Below are positions 30,138 to 40,936 of a DNA stretch of 57,932 bases, piece after piece. The notes beneath the pieces were generated by a model, which had not been told where the DNA came from, did not search any database, and saw nothing but the letters and a program-made list of their open reading frames with translations. Positions within the stretch are counted from its first letter, which is position 1. Each line of letters opens with the position of its first letter. Origin of the DNA: a virus (taxonomy: Duplodnaviria; Caudoviricetes). The position numbers and the translations under genes are program-made. The DNA is taken from the IMG/VR virus record IMGVR_UViG_3300027772_000031, positions 1-57,932 of that record. The stretch is one strand, 5' to 3'.

Positions 30138-33100
30138 TATATAGACTTACTCTCCCCGACCATTTTTATATTAACCTTAGCCTTGTTTCCAAGAACGACC
30201 TCGGCTTTTTTAATAATCATATTTGCAAGAGATACTGTGTCCATTCCATCTGTTGCAGTTATGTATTGATTAAGTGTAACATATGAAGGACTATCCTGTC
30301 TAGACATTGCTGATGTTCCACTAAATTTTGATTGTGACGGAACAGAGTATTGCATATTATTAATTTTTTCAAGCAATGGAAGAACTCCTGGCTGTCTAAC
30401 AGCATTGGCATTTACAATAAACTCTCCGTTAGAAACATATGCACCGCTAGCATATTTGCCCCTTGGAAGACTTGGCATATATATTGAGTCAGATGTTCCA
30501 GTTCCAGGACCAGATAGAAGTCCTCCATCTTTATAAGACTTGATAGATGTTCCATCTGGGGTTGAAGCGTACCAAGCTCCAATTGCCTTTTTGCCTTCAT
30601 AAACTAAACCATTCATCATATATGTATAGTCACCTTGAACCCATTGAGTTTTATGTAACTGAGCAAATGCTCTTGAGGCTGCAGATCTATCTGACCAAGT
30701 CTTTCCTGTTAATTTAGAATCTGGGATTACATAAGTTTCTGCTGCACCACTTGGGCCAGCAACTGGCATAGAGTTATAGGCCTTTTGATCAACTTCTTTA
30801 CCAGCAGCATTATAATATTTATCTCTAGTTCTTTTTCCAGACACTTTCGACTGATCCGCTTTAGATAATGAGGACGGACCAGTGCCTGCCATGTCTACCG
30901 TTTTACCACTAATGGTAATATTGCCATTAACAGTTATTCCTTTTGCTAAAAGGGCAGCTTCAATTGCGCTTGGAGTATCTGCCATAATCTTTAATGCTTT
31001 ATCTGCTATTTGACTTTGAGTTAAATTAGTTGGAGTTTTTTCTCCAGCAGCTGTAGAAGATGTAGCAATTAATTTAGATGAGTCAATTTGGCCATTTGGT
31101 GTTTTAGCATAATCGGCTAGAGACTTACCCGCAGTTCTGGCATTTGTGTATAAAGTAGTCATTGCAGCATTTACATCATTCACAGCGGTTTTTTGATCTT
31201 CTAATCTCTTCTTAAATGTATCTAAGCTTTCAGCAGCAATTGCTGCTTTATCAGCTAAATCTTGATTTTTATTTGAAAGATTTTCAATAGCTTTCTTTAA
31301 TGGTGCATTGGCTTTTTCATTAGCAGTATCAATGGCTTTAGTCTGTGCATCTGTTTGTTGTTGAGAAGTTAAAGACTCTAAATCAATTCTTAATGACTGT
31401 GCAAGCCCAGTATCACCAGTTGCTGTAGCGTTCTGTATAGCAAGTCTAGTCTTTTCAATTTCTCTTCCCAAATCAGCATCTTTTTGTTTTTCCGATAGAG
31501 CCTTTTTCCTAGACTCAGCTAACTTGTTGTTAGCTTCAATTTCTTTATTTAGAGAGGCAAGCATATCTCTGTCAGCAATTTGTTGTTTTACTTTTTGTGT
31601 TTTTAAGCTTAAAACGTAACCCTTTACTTTTTTATCAAGGGCGTCGATAGCATCATATTGTTTTGACAGAATACCTTTTCTATTTGATGCTTCAACTTGT
31701 GTGCCAACTTCATTAAATACTTCAGCAAGCGACACAGCCTGCTCGGGGGAAAGGGCATTAATATTTCCTCTAAATCCTTTTGCTTTAAGCTCAAGCTTAG
31801 CCCATACGGCTACTAAGTTTTCTGTACCATTCAGTAGTTCTGACATTTCTTTATTGGTCTTAGATAAATCTTTTACAACATTTTTTCCAATTTCAGCCTT
31901 AGCGCTTTCTTCTTTATTTATTTGACCAAGAACTGTTTTTGTGGCTTCTGATATGCTTAATGATTTCTCTTTGCCAGAGGTGTCTTTGTTTACAAGCTTT
32001 TCTCTCTTTTCAATTAAATCGTTAATGGCAGTTTCTATTGCTTGTGTAGCAGTATTAAATGAAAGTGATTGTTCTTTTTTACCTTCATTTTTTCTAGATA
32101 ATCCAAAATCAACGGCAGCCTGAACTGCGTTTGTTTGTGGGTCTTTTATTGAATTAAATAATGGGTTTTGCATGGTAGCAGATCTTGCCTGATTGGCCTG
32201 GTCAGATAGTTGTAATGCAGCATAGAGTTTTTTAGTTGCTTCTTCTGCTGACATTCCAGCAGCAATAAATTGTTCTTTTATTCGACGAACTGCGTCTGGA
32301 ATTTTTTCGCTAGGCTGCTTGTTAAGAGAAGCAATTAGATCAGGCATTGTTGTTTTTATTTCTTCTTTTAGTTTTGTATATTCTGCAACAGTTAAAGAAA
32401 ATGGAGTTCCAGCACTTAGCATACTATCGTAGATTAGCTTATTGGCTTCTGCCGTATCTTTTGCTGTTTGAACTGTTTCTTTTACTTTCTTTCCAAAATC
32501 TCTGAATTGTAGCCCAGCTTTTTTAGCTGCTTCTTCTGTTAGCCCAAACGAGACTTGATTTAATCTTTGTCCCTCTTTATAGTTATTCCACGCCTTATAT
32601 CCTGTAACTAAGGCTGCTGTAACCCCAGCTAATATTAAATTGCCTTTTGAGAAAATCTTTAAGGTATTTCCCAATACACTACCCAATCTAGCAAGTACTT
32701 GGCTGGAAGCCTTTCCTTCTTTTGACATATTAGTTAAATGTGTAACTGTTTTTGCAAAAATAGGATCTTTTAGTGTTGGAGCATTAAAGCCTCCACTCTT
32801 ACGTAGCGGGCCTTCCATTCCGTCTGGTCTTGCAAAACTAGGTGGTCTCTTTGATAATTTATTAGCTCCCATACTTCCCATAAGTAAGAATGGTAATAGG
32901 TTTCCAAGTTGACTTATTATAGGTCCAACATTTCCACCAACTTTATCTCCCAGCATGTTAGCCCCGTATCCAAGTCCACCAAGCATAGCTAACGATCCAA
33001 TCATTCCACCCATTCCATACGCAGGAACTTTTCCACCAGAATTCATTCCTGGAATAATTTTTCCGCTCTGGCTTGGACTAAATAGTTCTGGTCCTTTTTC

Positions 33101-36100
33101 TCCAACTAAATAATTTTGTCCTGGAGATACTGGACCTCCCATTTCTCTGTTACCGCTAATATCAAATATTTTCTTTTTAAGTTCTGCTGTCATTGGTGTA
33201 TTTTGTTTCGAATCCCAATTTAAATATTTATTTCTTAATATGTCTTTATCTATTGGCGACAGTTGTTTTAATATATTTTTGTCTCCAACCATATCTGAAG
33301 CTGCTGATCTAATAATTGAATCTAAAACATCTGGTTCAAGCCCATGCTTTAAAGAACCAGTTTTTGCGTCTTTAACATAACCGTATGGCTTTTCTTTTGC
33401 CATAGCTGCTGCAAATTTATCATAGAATAATTTTTGTGTATTCTTTCTTAAGCCAGAATTTGCAAATAAAGTCTCCGCTGTTTTAATTGATAAAGAATTT
33501 ACTCCCCACGGGGCTGACTCATACATGCTTGGCTTAGGGGCTCCTGTTGGACCAAACCCTGCGCCAATTCTTCTCATTGCAAGTCCCTTAAGAACATTAC
33601 CTATTGCTCCACCACCTACGTAACCTGGAATTTCTCCTCCAGAGTTTGCGGCAATTTTATTTTTAAACATTGGCTTTCGACCTATAGTTAACAGGCTTCT
33701 CAATTGATTTAATATCAAGACTGGTTTATTAGCCTGTATATTTTTTACAACCGAAGGTAATTGTTTTTCTAAGGTTGCAGCGTCTTTATATCCTAATTCT
33801 CTAGCAAGCATCTCTGCAGCTGCTTTAGCTTGTTTTGCGCTTAGTGGAACTCGATCCTCAAACATTCCACCACTCATGGTATTTAAATGATTTGTAAATT
33901 GATTAACGGTCTGATCTCCAGCAATTGCTCGATAAATATTTCCTCTTGTAAGATTGGCTGTCTTTTTATCTTTAGATGCAGTGAACCATTCATTCCACCT
34001 ATCGGTGTGCTCGCTAGCAAACTTTCTGCCACTTCTATAAATTCCCATAACTCTTTTTGTTGAAGATTTATCTATGTCAGACCTTTGTTCAAGAGCATGC
34101 ACTAAATCTATCTCAGGTCTTTTTCCACCAATTTGCGGACGGCTACCACGTAGAATATCTTTAGTATCTTTTATTAAAATGTCTTTATATCGAACTACTT
34201 CTTCTTTTCCATCTGGTAAAGTTCTAGTAACCTTGGCACCTTGCATATCAATATATTGCTGCATTTGAGTAGATTGAGATATTCTAATTGATTTAAATTT
34301 CTCTCTATCAATATCGCCATCTGGCATTCTGGCTCTTGTGAATGCGCTTTCAATATCTCTTTTTGCTAAACTAATTGATTCGTCTGGAGAAAATCCAACG
34401 TCTTGTAGGACTGCGGCGTCATGTAAAATAAATTGAAGCATAAGATCTTTTTCAAAATCTGGATTGTTTGCTCTGCTCATATAGCCCTGCAATCCCCTTG
34501 CATGGTTAAGTGATAATGTTGGAGGCTTCTTGCCATAAGCCCTTCTTCCATCAATTTTCCCGCCAACCTGCATAAATGAAATTCGTTTTTTAGTTTTGTT
34601 AGCAACATCATATGCATCTTTATTTTCAGCATAAACTTTTGGAGGAACTACTGTTTCTCCAGGTGTGACGACTGCGTCAATCATTCCTCCAGATTTATAA
34701 CCTCTTTTTGCTTTAGCAACTAGTGGTTGGTTAACTTTAGACGCTTCTTGATTTAATACAAATCCCCCAATTGGAAGTTTGGCCATAGTATTATCATAGT
34801 TAATGCTTGTATCTCCTGGAACAACAGCTCCGTCTTTTTGTGGATGATAAACGTATCCACCTGAGTTTAATTTTCTAGGCATTGTTGTTTGTATGCTGTA
34901 TCCAGCACCAGAAGTTCTTACTCCAAGGTTTTTAGCAATTGCATCTATTGTTGCAGCAGTTTCTGTTTTATGAAATAGTTCTTTCATATTAGATTGTCCA
35001 GTTTTAGATACTACTGATTGTCCAGTCAAAGGCACCATTCCAAAATTAATATTTCTGGCCTGAGCAGTTGCAATTCCTTGTGCAGTTTCAACCATTAATT
35101 TTTCAATTACTAAGTTCAACTCAGCTATTTTCATTCTTGCTTGCTCGGCTGTAATTTTTCCAGCTTGCAACGACTTAACAATTAATCCTGTTTCATCTGC
35201 GGCTAGGGAGGTAACCTTTGTCATTTCTGGCAAAAGCATTTGATAGGAGTCAGACAATGACTTAGTGATTGTTCCAGTTGCTGCAATTTCTTGTTTTAAT
35301 AGTAAAAGTTCAGCTTCTGATTGCATCGCAATTGCTGCAGTCATAGAGTGCCATTTGGCTGCTTCTGATGCCACAATGCCAGTTGATACGTTATTGACAG
35401 ATGTAACTCCTGGGATCCTTGGCATGTCGGCATTCATATATGATTGTGGTGAATTTAATACTCTTTGATTAACTGGCTTTGGTCCTGGAACTGTTGAGAA
35501 AATAGTTTCTTGTGATCTCTGCTCTGGAGTTTTGGAACCAGTTGGTATCATGTGAGACATATCTCTTGAATAAGGTTTTCCTACGTATGGGCTATTTTTA
35601 TCTACAACTCGTGCACCATTCATTAATACTGGATTACCAGCAACTGTTGACATGCTGTTAGATGTGGCAATTGTAGATGACATTGCATTTTCTTTTAGCT
35701 TAGCAAATGATGATGATAGAGTCAATACTGCGTCTGAAAATGTTGCGGCTGCTTTTGTGTCACTATAAAAAGATTCCTCTACTGTTTTAGCAGCGGCTGA
35801 AGCGGCCATTAGCTCTGGTGTTAATAACTTAAATCCTGTTCCACCCTTGCCTATATTTTTTAAAGAGAATATTCCTTTTATGATATATCCAAAGAAGTTT
35901 GCAAGAACACCAGTAAGCATAATGATTGGCCCTGCAATAGCCGTTAGTGATCCGACCAATCCAAGAACTGCTTTAATTGGCCCTGGAAGATTTCCAATAA
36001 ACTTAATAATTCCATCTACAGCATTTAATACGGTTGCTGCAACTTTTAAGAACTGCTCACCAACTGCTGACAAATCGGCTTTAATAGACTCTAGCGCTCT

Positions 36101-37579
36101 CTTGTATCGGCCAGACGCAGACTCTGTCATCATTTTTAATTCTCGTTCAGAAATATTAGCTAAGTCCGTCGTGCTAGCTTTCATTAAATCTAAAACTTGA
36201 AGAGTTTGACTTCCCTGTTTTCCAAGGTTCTCAAATAATGCATTAATTCTTGCAAATTGGAATTTACCAAAAAGTTGCTCTATTGCTCTTGCCCTACTTA
36301 ATGGATCTAGAGTATCTAAAGAATCTTTAAGTGCCATAATTGTTCCTGTTAAATTTCCAGCATTCTTTTCTACTATTCCTCCAAGATCTATGCCCATCTC
36401 CATGAACATTCCTCTTGCAACTTTAGTTGGGTTAATAATAGATGCTAAAGCAGACTTTAATGCATTAGCTCCTTCAGATGCATTAATTCCGCCTTCTCTC
36501 ATTGCTGTAAGATATAGGGCTAAGTCTTTTACGTCTCCGCCTAATGCTTTAACAACTGGACCAGCTTTTGGAATTGCTTCTGTTAAATCTGCAAGACTTG
36601 TTGATGTCTGGTTTTCAACTGCGTTAAGAAAATCAATTGTTCCTGTAAGTTCTTTGGCGCTTTGTCCAAAAGCGGTTTGAATTGAAAGGGTTGCCTTCAT
36701 TGCATCTTGCCTATCTATCTCACCAAGTGTTGCTAATCTTGTTGATTCTCTTGTAGAGTCTAAAAGATCTTTGCCTTGTTTTCCAGTAGCTGCAATATCT
36801 GCTGCAAGAGCAATTGTTTCGGTAAAATTAGATCCCATTGTAGATGCTAGCTCTTTAGCAAGCGCTGCAACGTCTTTTCTAACTTTTAATAAATCTTCAC
36901 TTGAACTTGCTGTTAATCCACCATAAACCTTTGTAAGTCTTACTAGCTGCTGATCTGCATCTTTAAATGCTTTTGCTGCCGCTGCACCAAATGCTACAAG
37001 CGGAACAGTTAATCCTACTGTTAATTGACGACCTGCCCACTGAGTATTTTTACCCCAATTAATTAATTGGCCAGCTCCATCTTTCATAACCTTATTCATA
37101 ATGGCAAGCTCTTGCCTCATTAAGGCAGTTTTATTTTTAGTTGCATCAAGCCCAGATTGGACCATAACATTGTATTGCATTAATCCTTGAGCGTTCTTAC
37201 CTAGTGGCTGGATAATAGCGTTTTGTAATAGAACTTGCTGCTTTGCTAAATTCTGTACCAAGGAGCTGGTTTTTTGTGTATGCCCTTGCCAAGTTTGATA
37301 ATAGTCTTTTAATTTGAGTCTTCCAGCATCTAAGTTCTTTCCAAATTTAGATACGTCAGAATTTAAAGTAACAAAGTGTCTACTGAATTGCCCAGTAGAG
37401 CGCATGGTTTCATCAAACTGTCGATTGATAACACCAACTTGATTGGCAAGGTTTTTATTAAGACCAATTGTTGATACTTGAAGCTTTTGCATTTGAGCAG
37501 CAACGGCTTGCAATTGCGCTGTAAGACTAGAAAAATTAGCCGTTGCGGTTATGTTGGTGACTATATTTTGATCGGCCAA
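30137..37579 (-). CDS. Tape measure protein
   Basis: 2480 aa, TTG start, TP901-like core (GINASEGANALKS), Ala-rich helices; follows the tail chaperones. Confidence 0.93.
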   Translation of the reverse strand: MADQNIVTNITATANFSSLTAQLQAVAAQMQKLQVSTIGLNKNLANQVGVINRQFDETMRSTGQFSRHFVTLNSDVSKFGKNLDAGRLKLKDYYQTWQGHTQKTSSLVQNLAKQQVLLQNAIIQPLGKNAQGLMQYNVMVQSGLDATKNKTALMRQELAIMNKVMKDGAGQLINWGKNTQWAGRQLTVGLTVPLVAFGAAAAKAFKDADQQLVRLTKVYGGLTASSSEDLLKVRKDVAALAKELASTMGSNFTETIALAADIAATGKQGKDLLDSTRESTRLATLGEIDRQDAMKATLSIQTAFGQSAKELTGTIDFLNAVENQTSTSLADLTEAIPKAGPVVKALGGDVKDLALYLTAMREGGINASEGANALKSALASIINPTKVARGMFMEMGIDLGGIVEKNAGNLTGTIMALKDSLDTLDPLSRARAIEQLFGKFQFARINALFENLGKQGSQTLQVLDLMKASTTDLANISERELKMMTESASGRYKRALESIKADLSAVGEQFLKVAATVLNAVDGIIKFIGNLPGPIKAVLGLVGSLTAIAGPIIMLTGVLANFFGYIIKGIFSLKNIGKGGTGFKLLTPELMAASAAAKTVEESFYSDTKAAATFSDAVLTLSSSFAKLKENAMSSTIATSNSMSTVAGNPVLMNGARVVDKNSPYVGKPYSRDMSHMIPTGSKTPEQRSQETIFSTVPGPKPVNQRVLNSPQSYMNADMPRIPGVTSVNNVSTGIVASEAAKWHSMTAAIAMQSEAELLLLKQEIAATGTITKSLSDSYQMLLPEMTKVTSLAADETGLIVKSLQAGKITAEQARMKIAELNLVIEKLMVETAQGIATAQARNINFGMVPLTGQSVVSKTGQSNMKELFHKTETAATIDAIAKNLGVRTSGAGYSIQTTMPRKLNSGGYVYHPQKDGAVVPGDTSINYDNTMAKLPIGGFVLNQEASKVNQPLVAKAKRGYKSGGMIDAVVTPGETVVPPKVYAENKDAYDVANKTKKRISFMQVGGKIDGRRAYGKKPPTLSLNHARGLQGYMSRANNPDFEKDLMLQFILHDAAVLQDVGFSPDESISLAKRDIESAFTRARMPDGDIDREKFKSIRISQSTQMQQYIDMQGAKVTRTLPDGKEEVVRYKDILIKDTKDILRGSRPQIGGKRPEIDLVHALEQRSDIDKSSTKRVMGIYRSGRKFASEHTDRWNEWFTASKDKKTANLTRGNIYRAIAGDQTVNQFTNHLNTMSGGMFEDRVPLSAKQAKAAAEMLARELGYKDAATLEKQLPSVVKNIQANKPVLILNQLRSLLTIGRKPMFKNKIAANSGGEIPGYVGGGAIGNVLKGLAMRRIGAGFGPTGAPKPSMYESAPWGVNSLSIKTAETLFANSGLRKNTQKLFYDKFAAAMAKEKPYGYVKDAKTGSLKHGLEPDVLDSIIRSAASDMVGDKNILKQLSPIDKDILRNKYLNWDSKQNTPMTAELKKKIFDISGNREMGGPVSPGQNYLVGEKGPELFSPSQSGKIIPGMNSGGKVPAYGMGGMIGSLAMLGGLGYGANMLGDKVGGNVGPIISQLGNLLPFLLMGSMGANKLSKRPPSFARPDGMEGPLRKSGGFNAPTLKDPIFAKTVTHLTNMSKEGKASSQVLARLGSVLGNTLKIFSKGNLILAGVTAALVTGYKAWNNYKEGQRLNQVSFGLTEEAAKKAGLQFRDFGKKVKETVQTAKDTAEANKLIYDSMLSAGTPFSLTVAEYTKLKEEIKTTMPDLIASLNKQPSEKIPDAVRRIKEQFIAAGMSAEEATKKLYAALQLSDQANQARSATMQNPLFNSIKDPQTNAVQAAVDFGLSRKNEGKKEQSLSFNTATQAIETAINDLIEKREKLVNKDTSGKEKSLSISEATKTVLGQINKEESAKAEIGKNVVKDLSKTNKEMSELLNGTENLVAVWAKLELKAKGFRGNINALSPEQAVSLAEVFNEVGTQVEASNRKGILSKQYDAIDALDKKVKGYVLSLKTQKVKQQIADRDMLASLNKEIEANNKLAESRKKALSEKQKDADLGREIEKTRLAIQNATATGDTGLAQSLRIDLESLTSQQQTDAQTKAIDTANEKANAPLKKAIENLSNKNQDLADKAAIAAESLDTFKKRLEDQKTAVNDVNAAMTTLYTNARTAGKSLADYAKTPNGQIDSSKLIATSSTAAGEKTPTNLTQSQIADKALKIMADTPSAIEAALLAKGITVNGNITISGKTVDMAGTGPSSLSKADQSKVSGKRTRDKYYNAAGKEVDQKAYNSMPVAGPSGAAETYVIPDSKLTGKTWSDRSAASRAFAQLHKTQWVQGDYTYMMNGLVYEGKKAIGAWYASTPDGTSIKSYKDGGLLSGPGTGTSDSIYMPSLPRGKYASGAYVSNGEFIVNANAVRQPGVLPLLEKINNMQYSVPSQSKFSGTSAMSRQDSPSYVTLNQYITATDGMDTVSLANMIIKKAEVVLGNKAKVNIKMVGESKSI

Positions 37580-37582
37580 CTA

Positions 37583-37948
37583 CTACTCCTTTTGGTAACC
37601 GAGACCTGCTCCGATACCGAAACCTTCTTGTTGTGCAAATTCACCTTGTAAAGAAACAACATCAGATGCATCTGCAGTTATACCAAGAGCTTTTCTTTTT
37701 ATATCGTCAAAGCTCTTTCCTTCTTGCTTCTCTACACCATCGAGCTGGATGCCCTGTATAGATGCCAGAAACTTTCTTTTCTCTGATTCAGTTTGTTGCA
37801 TAGACTTGAAGGTTTGAATCAGTTCAGGCATTGAAAGATTTTCTTCTAATTCCTGATAATTCTTATAGTTTCCTATTAAGAATACTTCCCCTTCTAAAGC
37901 AGCGAGATCTAGTTCTGACCAGCTAGAACTGCTGCCGCTAGTAAATTT
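37583..37948 (-). CDS. Tail assembly chaperone, -1 frame extension (gpT-like)
   Basis: The -1 frame is open from the slippery site through ...WSELDLAALEGEVF...MPELIQ to the stop at 37583. Confidence 0.8.
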   Translation of the reverse strand, partial: KFTSGSSSSWSELDLAALEGEVFLIGNYKNYQELEENLSMPELIQTFKSMQQTESEKRKFLASIQGIQLDGVEKQEGKSFDDIKRKALGITADASDVVSLQGEFAQQEGFGIGAGLGYQKE

Positions 37949-38241
37949 GGATCATCCATTTTGATTCCGCCACAAACCTCAAGAATTCGGTTAATGGTAG
38001 GAACATCTAGGACATCTTCAAAAGCGTCTCTGTCTTTTGTTAGCTCTGGTAATTGTTTTTCAAGTGCTACTGCACAAGCATCAATAAGAACTGTTAGAGT
38101 TTCCTCTTCAGTAGTTACTTCTGCTGTTTTCTGGATAGCCGCCATAAACTTTCTAAGCTCTTTAATTGTTAAAGGCTTAAGTTTAACGGTTGCCCCATTT
38201 TGCAATTGAATTTCTTCAACGTCATATACTGTTGTTGCCAT
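37909..38241 (-). CDS. Tail assembly chaperone (gpG-like)
   Basis: Between major tail and tape measure; AGGAGG RBS. Confidence 0.85.
   Translation of the reverse strand: MATTVYDVEEIQLQNGATVKLKPLTIKELRKFMAAIQKTAEVTTEEETLTVLIDACAVALEKQLPELTKDRDAFEDVLDVPTINRILEVCGGIKMDDPNLLAAAVLAGQN
37942..37948 (-). other. -1 programmed frameshift slippery site A AAT TTA
   Basis: X XXY YYZ heptamer in the correct phase, just after the last stop of the -1 frame. Confidence 0.8.
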
Positions 38242-38295
38242 TTAATCCTCCTAGGATTTGTCTTAATTATTGTATCATATTGCAAATATAAGGGC

Positions 38296-38324
38296 AATAA
38301 AAAGCCCCCCAAAAAGGGGGGCTT
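38296..38324 (-). terminator. Rho-independent terminator after the major tail gene
   Basis: AAGCCCCCC-TTTTT-GGGGGGCTT then TTTATT. Confidence 0.85.
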
Positions 38325-38345
38325 CTATTAATTAATGTTAATTAA

Positions 38346-39104
38346 TTATAGCCAGATGCGGTCTACGATTGTACCGTATTCTGCCCTTGCGAATGCTGAG
38401 TCACCTGATGGAAGCAAACGGAATGTTACTGGGAATGTTGATGCTGCGTTACGAGCCAAAGAGAACTGTGACTGTTGTACAGAAAGAACACGACGTGCAT
38501 AATATACACGCTCTGTCTTTGATGATGCCGCAGTAGTTGGAGCTTGTCCAATCGCAACTAATTGACGCTCAACTGGAGCTTCTCCTAGTGCGCCTGCTGC
38601 AAGACCAAGGGTCTTTTCATCTGAAGAAAGTGTTGCTTGTGACTGTCCGAATACTGCAAGAACGTTCTGAAGAGTACCTTCTGCCATTTCTGTTGCAATC
38701 ATAACTTCCATTGTCTCCTTGAAAAGTTTTGCTGAGTCAAGAAGCTGATCTACTGTTACTGAACCGTATGATGGGTTGTATGTAATTTGAAGACCGTTGT
38801 TTGTGTAACCTACGTTACGGTATGCAGCGCCTTTTGTTGCTGACACTGTTGTTGAATCTGTTTCTACATCGTTAAGAGTAGTGGTGTATGACTCTCCTGA
38901 TGTTCCACCTGTTGGTGGTGTACCTGATCCTGCTGTGCCACTTTTAAATGCTGGAACTGTTTTGTTACGTCCAGAAGCGCCTGCGATAGGTGTTCCTGGT
39001 ACCATGTTTTCTACATATCCTGATGTGGTTGAATCTTCTACTGATAAAAACAGTGGAGACGCACCAACGAGAATGTTTCTAGCATTACCAATATTTTGTG
39101 CCAT
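38346..39104 (-). CDS. Major tail protein
   Basis: NVGYTNNGL...TVDQ...FPVTFRLLP; strong RBS and a terminator behind it. Confidence 0.85.
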   Translation of the reverse strand: MAQNIGNARNILVGASPLFLSVEDSTTSGYVENMVPGTPIAGASGRNKTVPAFKSGTAGSGTPPTGGTSGESYTTTLNDVETDSTTVSATKGAAYRNVGYTNNGLQITYNPSYGSVTVDQLLDSAKLFKETMEVMIATEMAEGTLQNVLAVFGQSQATLSSDEKTLGLAAGALGEAPVERQLVAIGQAPTTAASSKTERVYYARRVLSVQQSQFSLARNAASTFPVTFRLLPSGDSAFARAEYGTIVDRIWL

Positions 39105-39216
39105 GTGTAAAACCTCCTGTTAAATAAACATATATATATATTGACTTACTTTAAATCTAAGCTGGCTAAGCTTTTCCTCTTGACTAAGTTTATCCTAAAA
39201 GCGGCCCAAACGCAAA

Positions 39217-39723
39217 CTAATAAAACCTACCCCTAGGAGATACGTCTCTTGCATATTTAACCTCTAATATCACATCGGCCGACAGGAACCCAGCCAGCTC
39301 TTCGGATGGCTCTGTGGGAGACATCTCTAGTATTAGGGTATTGAAAAAAATGATCTTATTAGTAGTCTTAGATCTATTTAAGTCTTTTGCCGAGTCATCC
39401 ATACGCCTAAAAACATCTATCATTAAATTTCTAATTTCATTAATTTCAGAGTAATCTACTGAATATATTGTAAATGATATTTTTTCACAGCATACCATCC
39501 AGTTTTCTTCATAGGTGCTTCCCATTTTGTCATAGACTATATGAGTTTTTCCATTTAAAAATTGATTTAGTTCTGGGGACTGCTGAACTGGGATAATTGG
39601 GACTATTGCTTCTCCTAAATTATCACTATAATATGAATTTGCATCTAGTATATTATTGTCTTGAATTTCTTGCCATAGATGCTTGCGTATCTCATAAATT
39701 GCATCTATTCCATAATCTACCAT
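39217..39723 (-). CDS. Tail terminator-like protein
   Basis: Position and size. Confidence 0.6.
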   Translation of the reverse strand: MVDYGIDAIYEIRKHLWQEIQDNNILDANSYYSDNLGEAIVPIIPVQQSPELNQFLNGKTHIVYDKMGSTYEENWMVCCEKISFTIYSVDYSEINEIRNLMIDVFRRMDDSAKDLNRSKTTNKIIFFNTLILEMSPTEPSEELAGFLSADVILEVKYARDVSPRGRFY

Positions 39724-40544
39724 TATGCGACACCTCCAAATTGTTTTATCAAGGCATCCTCGGCCTGTGATCTAATTGTACCTGGACTAAATGTATATTG
39801 CACTTTTTTGATAGAAGAAGGCACTTTCATTGCTTGTTTAAACTTTGCGCCAAATAAGCTTTGAAATCCAGAAGCTTTAATTGAGTTGCTAACAAGTGGT
39901 CCGCTAAAATATCTTGAATACGCCAGATTAAATCTATTTGTAGACGCTGTTCCTCCTGGGCTTTTTACGGTTACGGATTTACCTTTTGGCATAAACACAA
40001 CATTACCGTCTACCTCAAACACTAATCTTTCTGCAGATTTTGGAGATATTATTAAAGGCATTCCCTTTTCCATTATTGCTGCTTTTTGAGAAAATATATA
40101 CTTGCTTCTTTGAGATCTATTTTTTGAAGGAACCGATGTCTTGGATAGCATTAACTCATAATCAATTTTAAAAGACAACCCTAGCCCCCCAAGTCTATTT
40201 AATTTAAATAATCTTGCTGTGCTATCTCCAACCTTGTTCCACTCGTAAACGTGATGAAGAGATTTTGGTTTTGTTCTTGCCTGAGAATCTATGAATCTAC
40301 CAAAGTCTTGATTTACTTGGTTAAATATTGTTTTCTTAAAAAGTTCTTGGAAGGCGGTGCTTGAAGTTAATTTTGCAGCTACGTTTGCCTGATAGTATAA
40401 AAAAGCAGATACTTGTGCAACTGTGCTATCTTTAAGCGCTCCAGCCTGTGTGGGTGTTGTCATAAATCTTTCTAGCCCCGATGCGGCTTGTAATAAGGCT
40501 ATGCCACTAGTCTCCAACTTGTTGGTTCTCCGACCTTTTTGCAA
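39723..40544 (-). CDS. Neck/tail-completion protein
   Basis: Position in the head-tail module; start uncertain. Confidence 0.55.
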   Translation of the reverse strand: MQKGRRTNKLETSGIALLQAASGLERFMTTPTQAGALKDSTVAQVSAFLYYQANVAAKLTSSTAFQELFKKTIFNQVNQDFGRFIDSQARTKPKSLHHVYEWNKVGDSTARLFKLNRLGGLGLSFKIDYELMLSKTSVPSKNRSQRSKYIFSQKAAIMEKGMPLIISPKSAERLVFEVDGNVVFMPKGKSVTVKSPGGTASTNRFNLAYSRYFSGPLVSNSIKASGFQSLFGAKFKQAMKVPSSIKKVQYTFSPGTIRSQAEDALIKQFGGVA

Positions 40545-40935
40545 TTGAATTATATGCCATTAATGTTCCAAAGGGATCTGTGATTGGGGTTGAGCTTACT
40601 ATCTCAAATACTGTAGGGGTATCGTTTGGATAATTTAATTCAAACCATATAACATTGTTTGATGAATCTCTAATATTAGTTATTTTTTGTCGATATGTAA
40701 TTGGAGTTTGTGTTCTAATTTCTATAGTTTTGGTATCTTTATATTTAGTTGATATTGCTTGATTATCCCCGCTTCTTGCAGAAGACGAATTAGATATAAT
40801 TCCTTTTGCAAAACAAGGGACAGTTTTTGCATATATCCAAGATTTTTTAATAGCACCAGTATTCTGGTCTTGATAATCTTCTTGCAGATATACATCTACT
40901 TTCATGTTGAAAATAGAATCAACTAGGTTATTCAT
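40507..40935 (-). CDS. Head closure/stopper protein
   Basis: QDQNTGAIKKSW pattern; position. Confidence 0.6.
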   Translation of the reverse strand: MNNLVDSIFNMKVDVYLQEDYQDQNTGAIKKSWIYAKTVPCFAKGIISNSSSARSGDNQAISTKYKDTKTIEIRTQTPITYRQKITNIRDSSNNVIWFELNYPNDTPTVFEIVSSTPITDPFGTLMAYNSIAKRSENQQVGD

Positions 40936-40936
40936 A

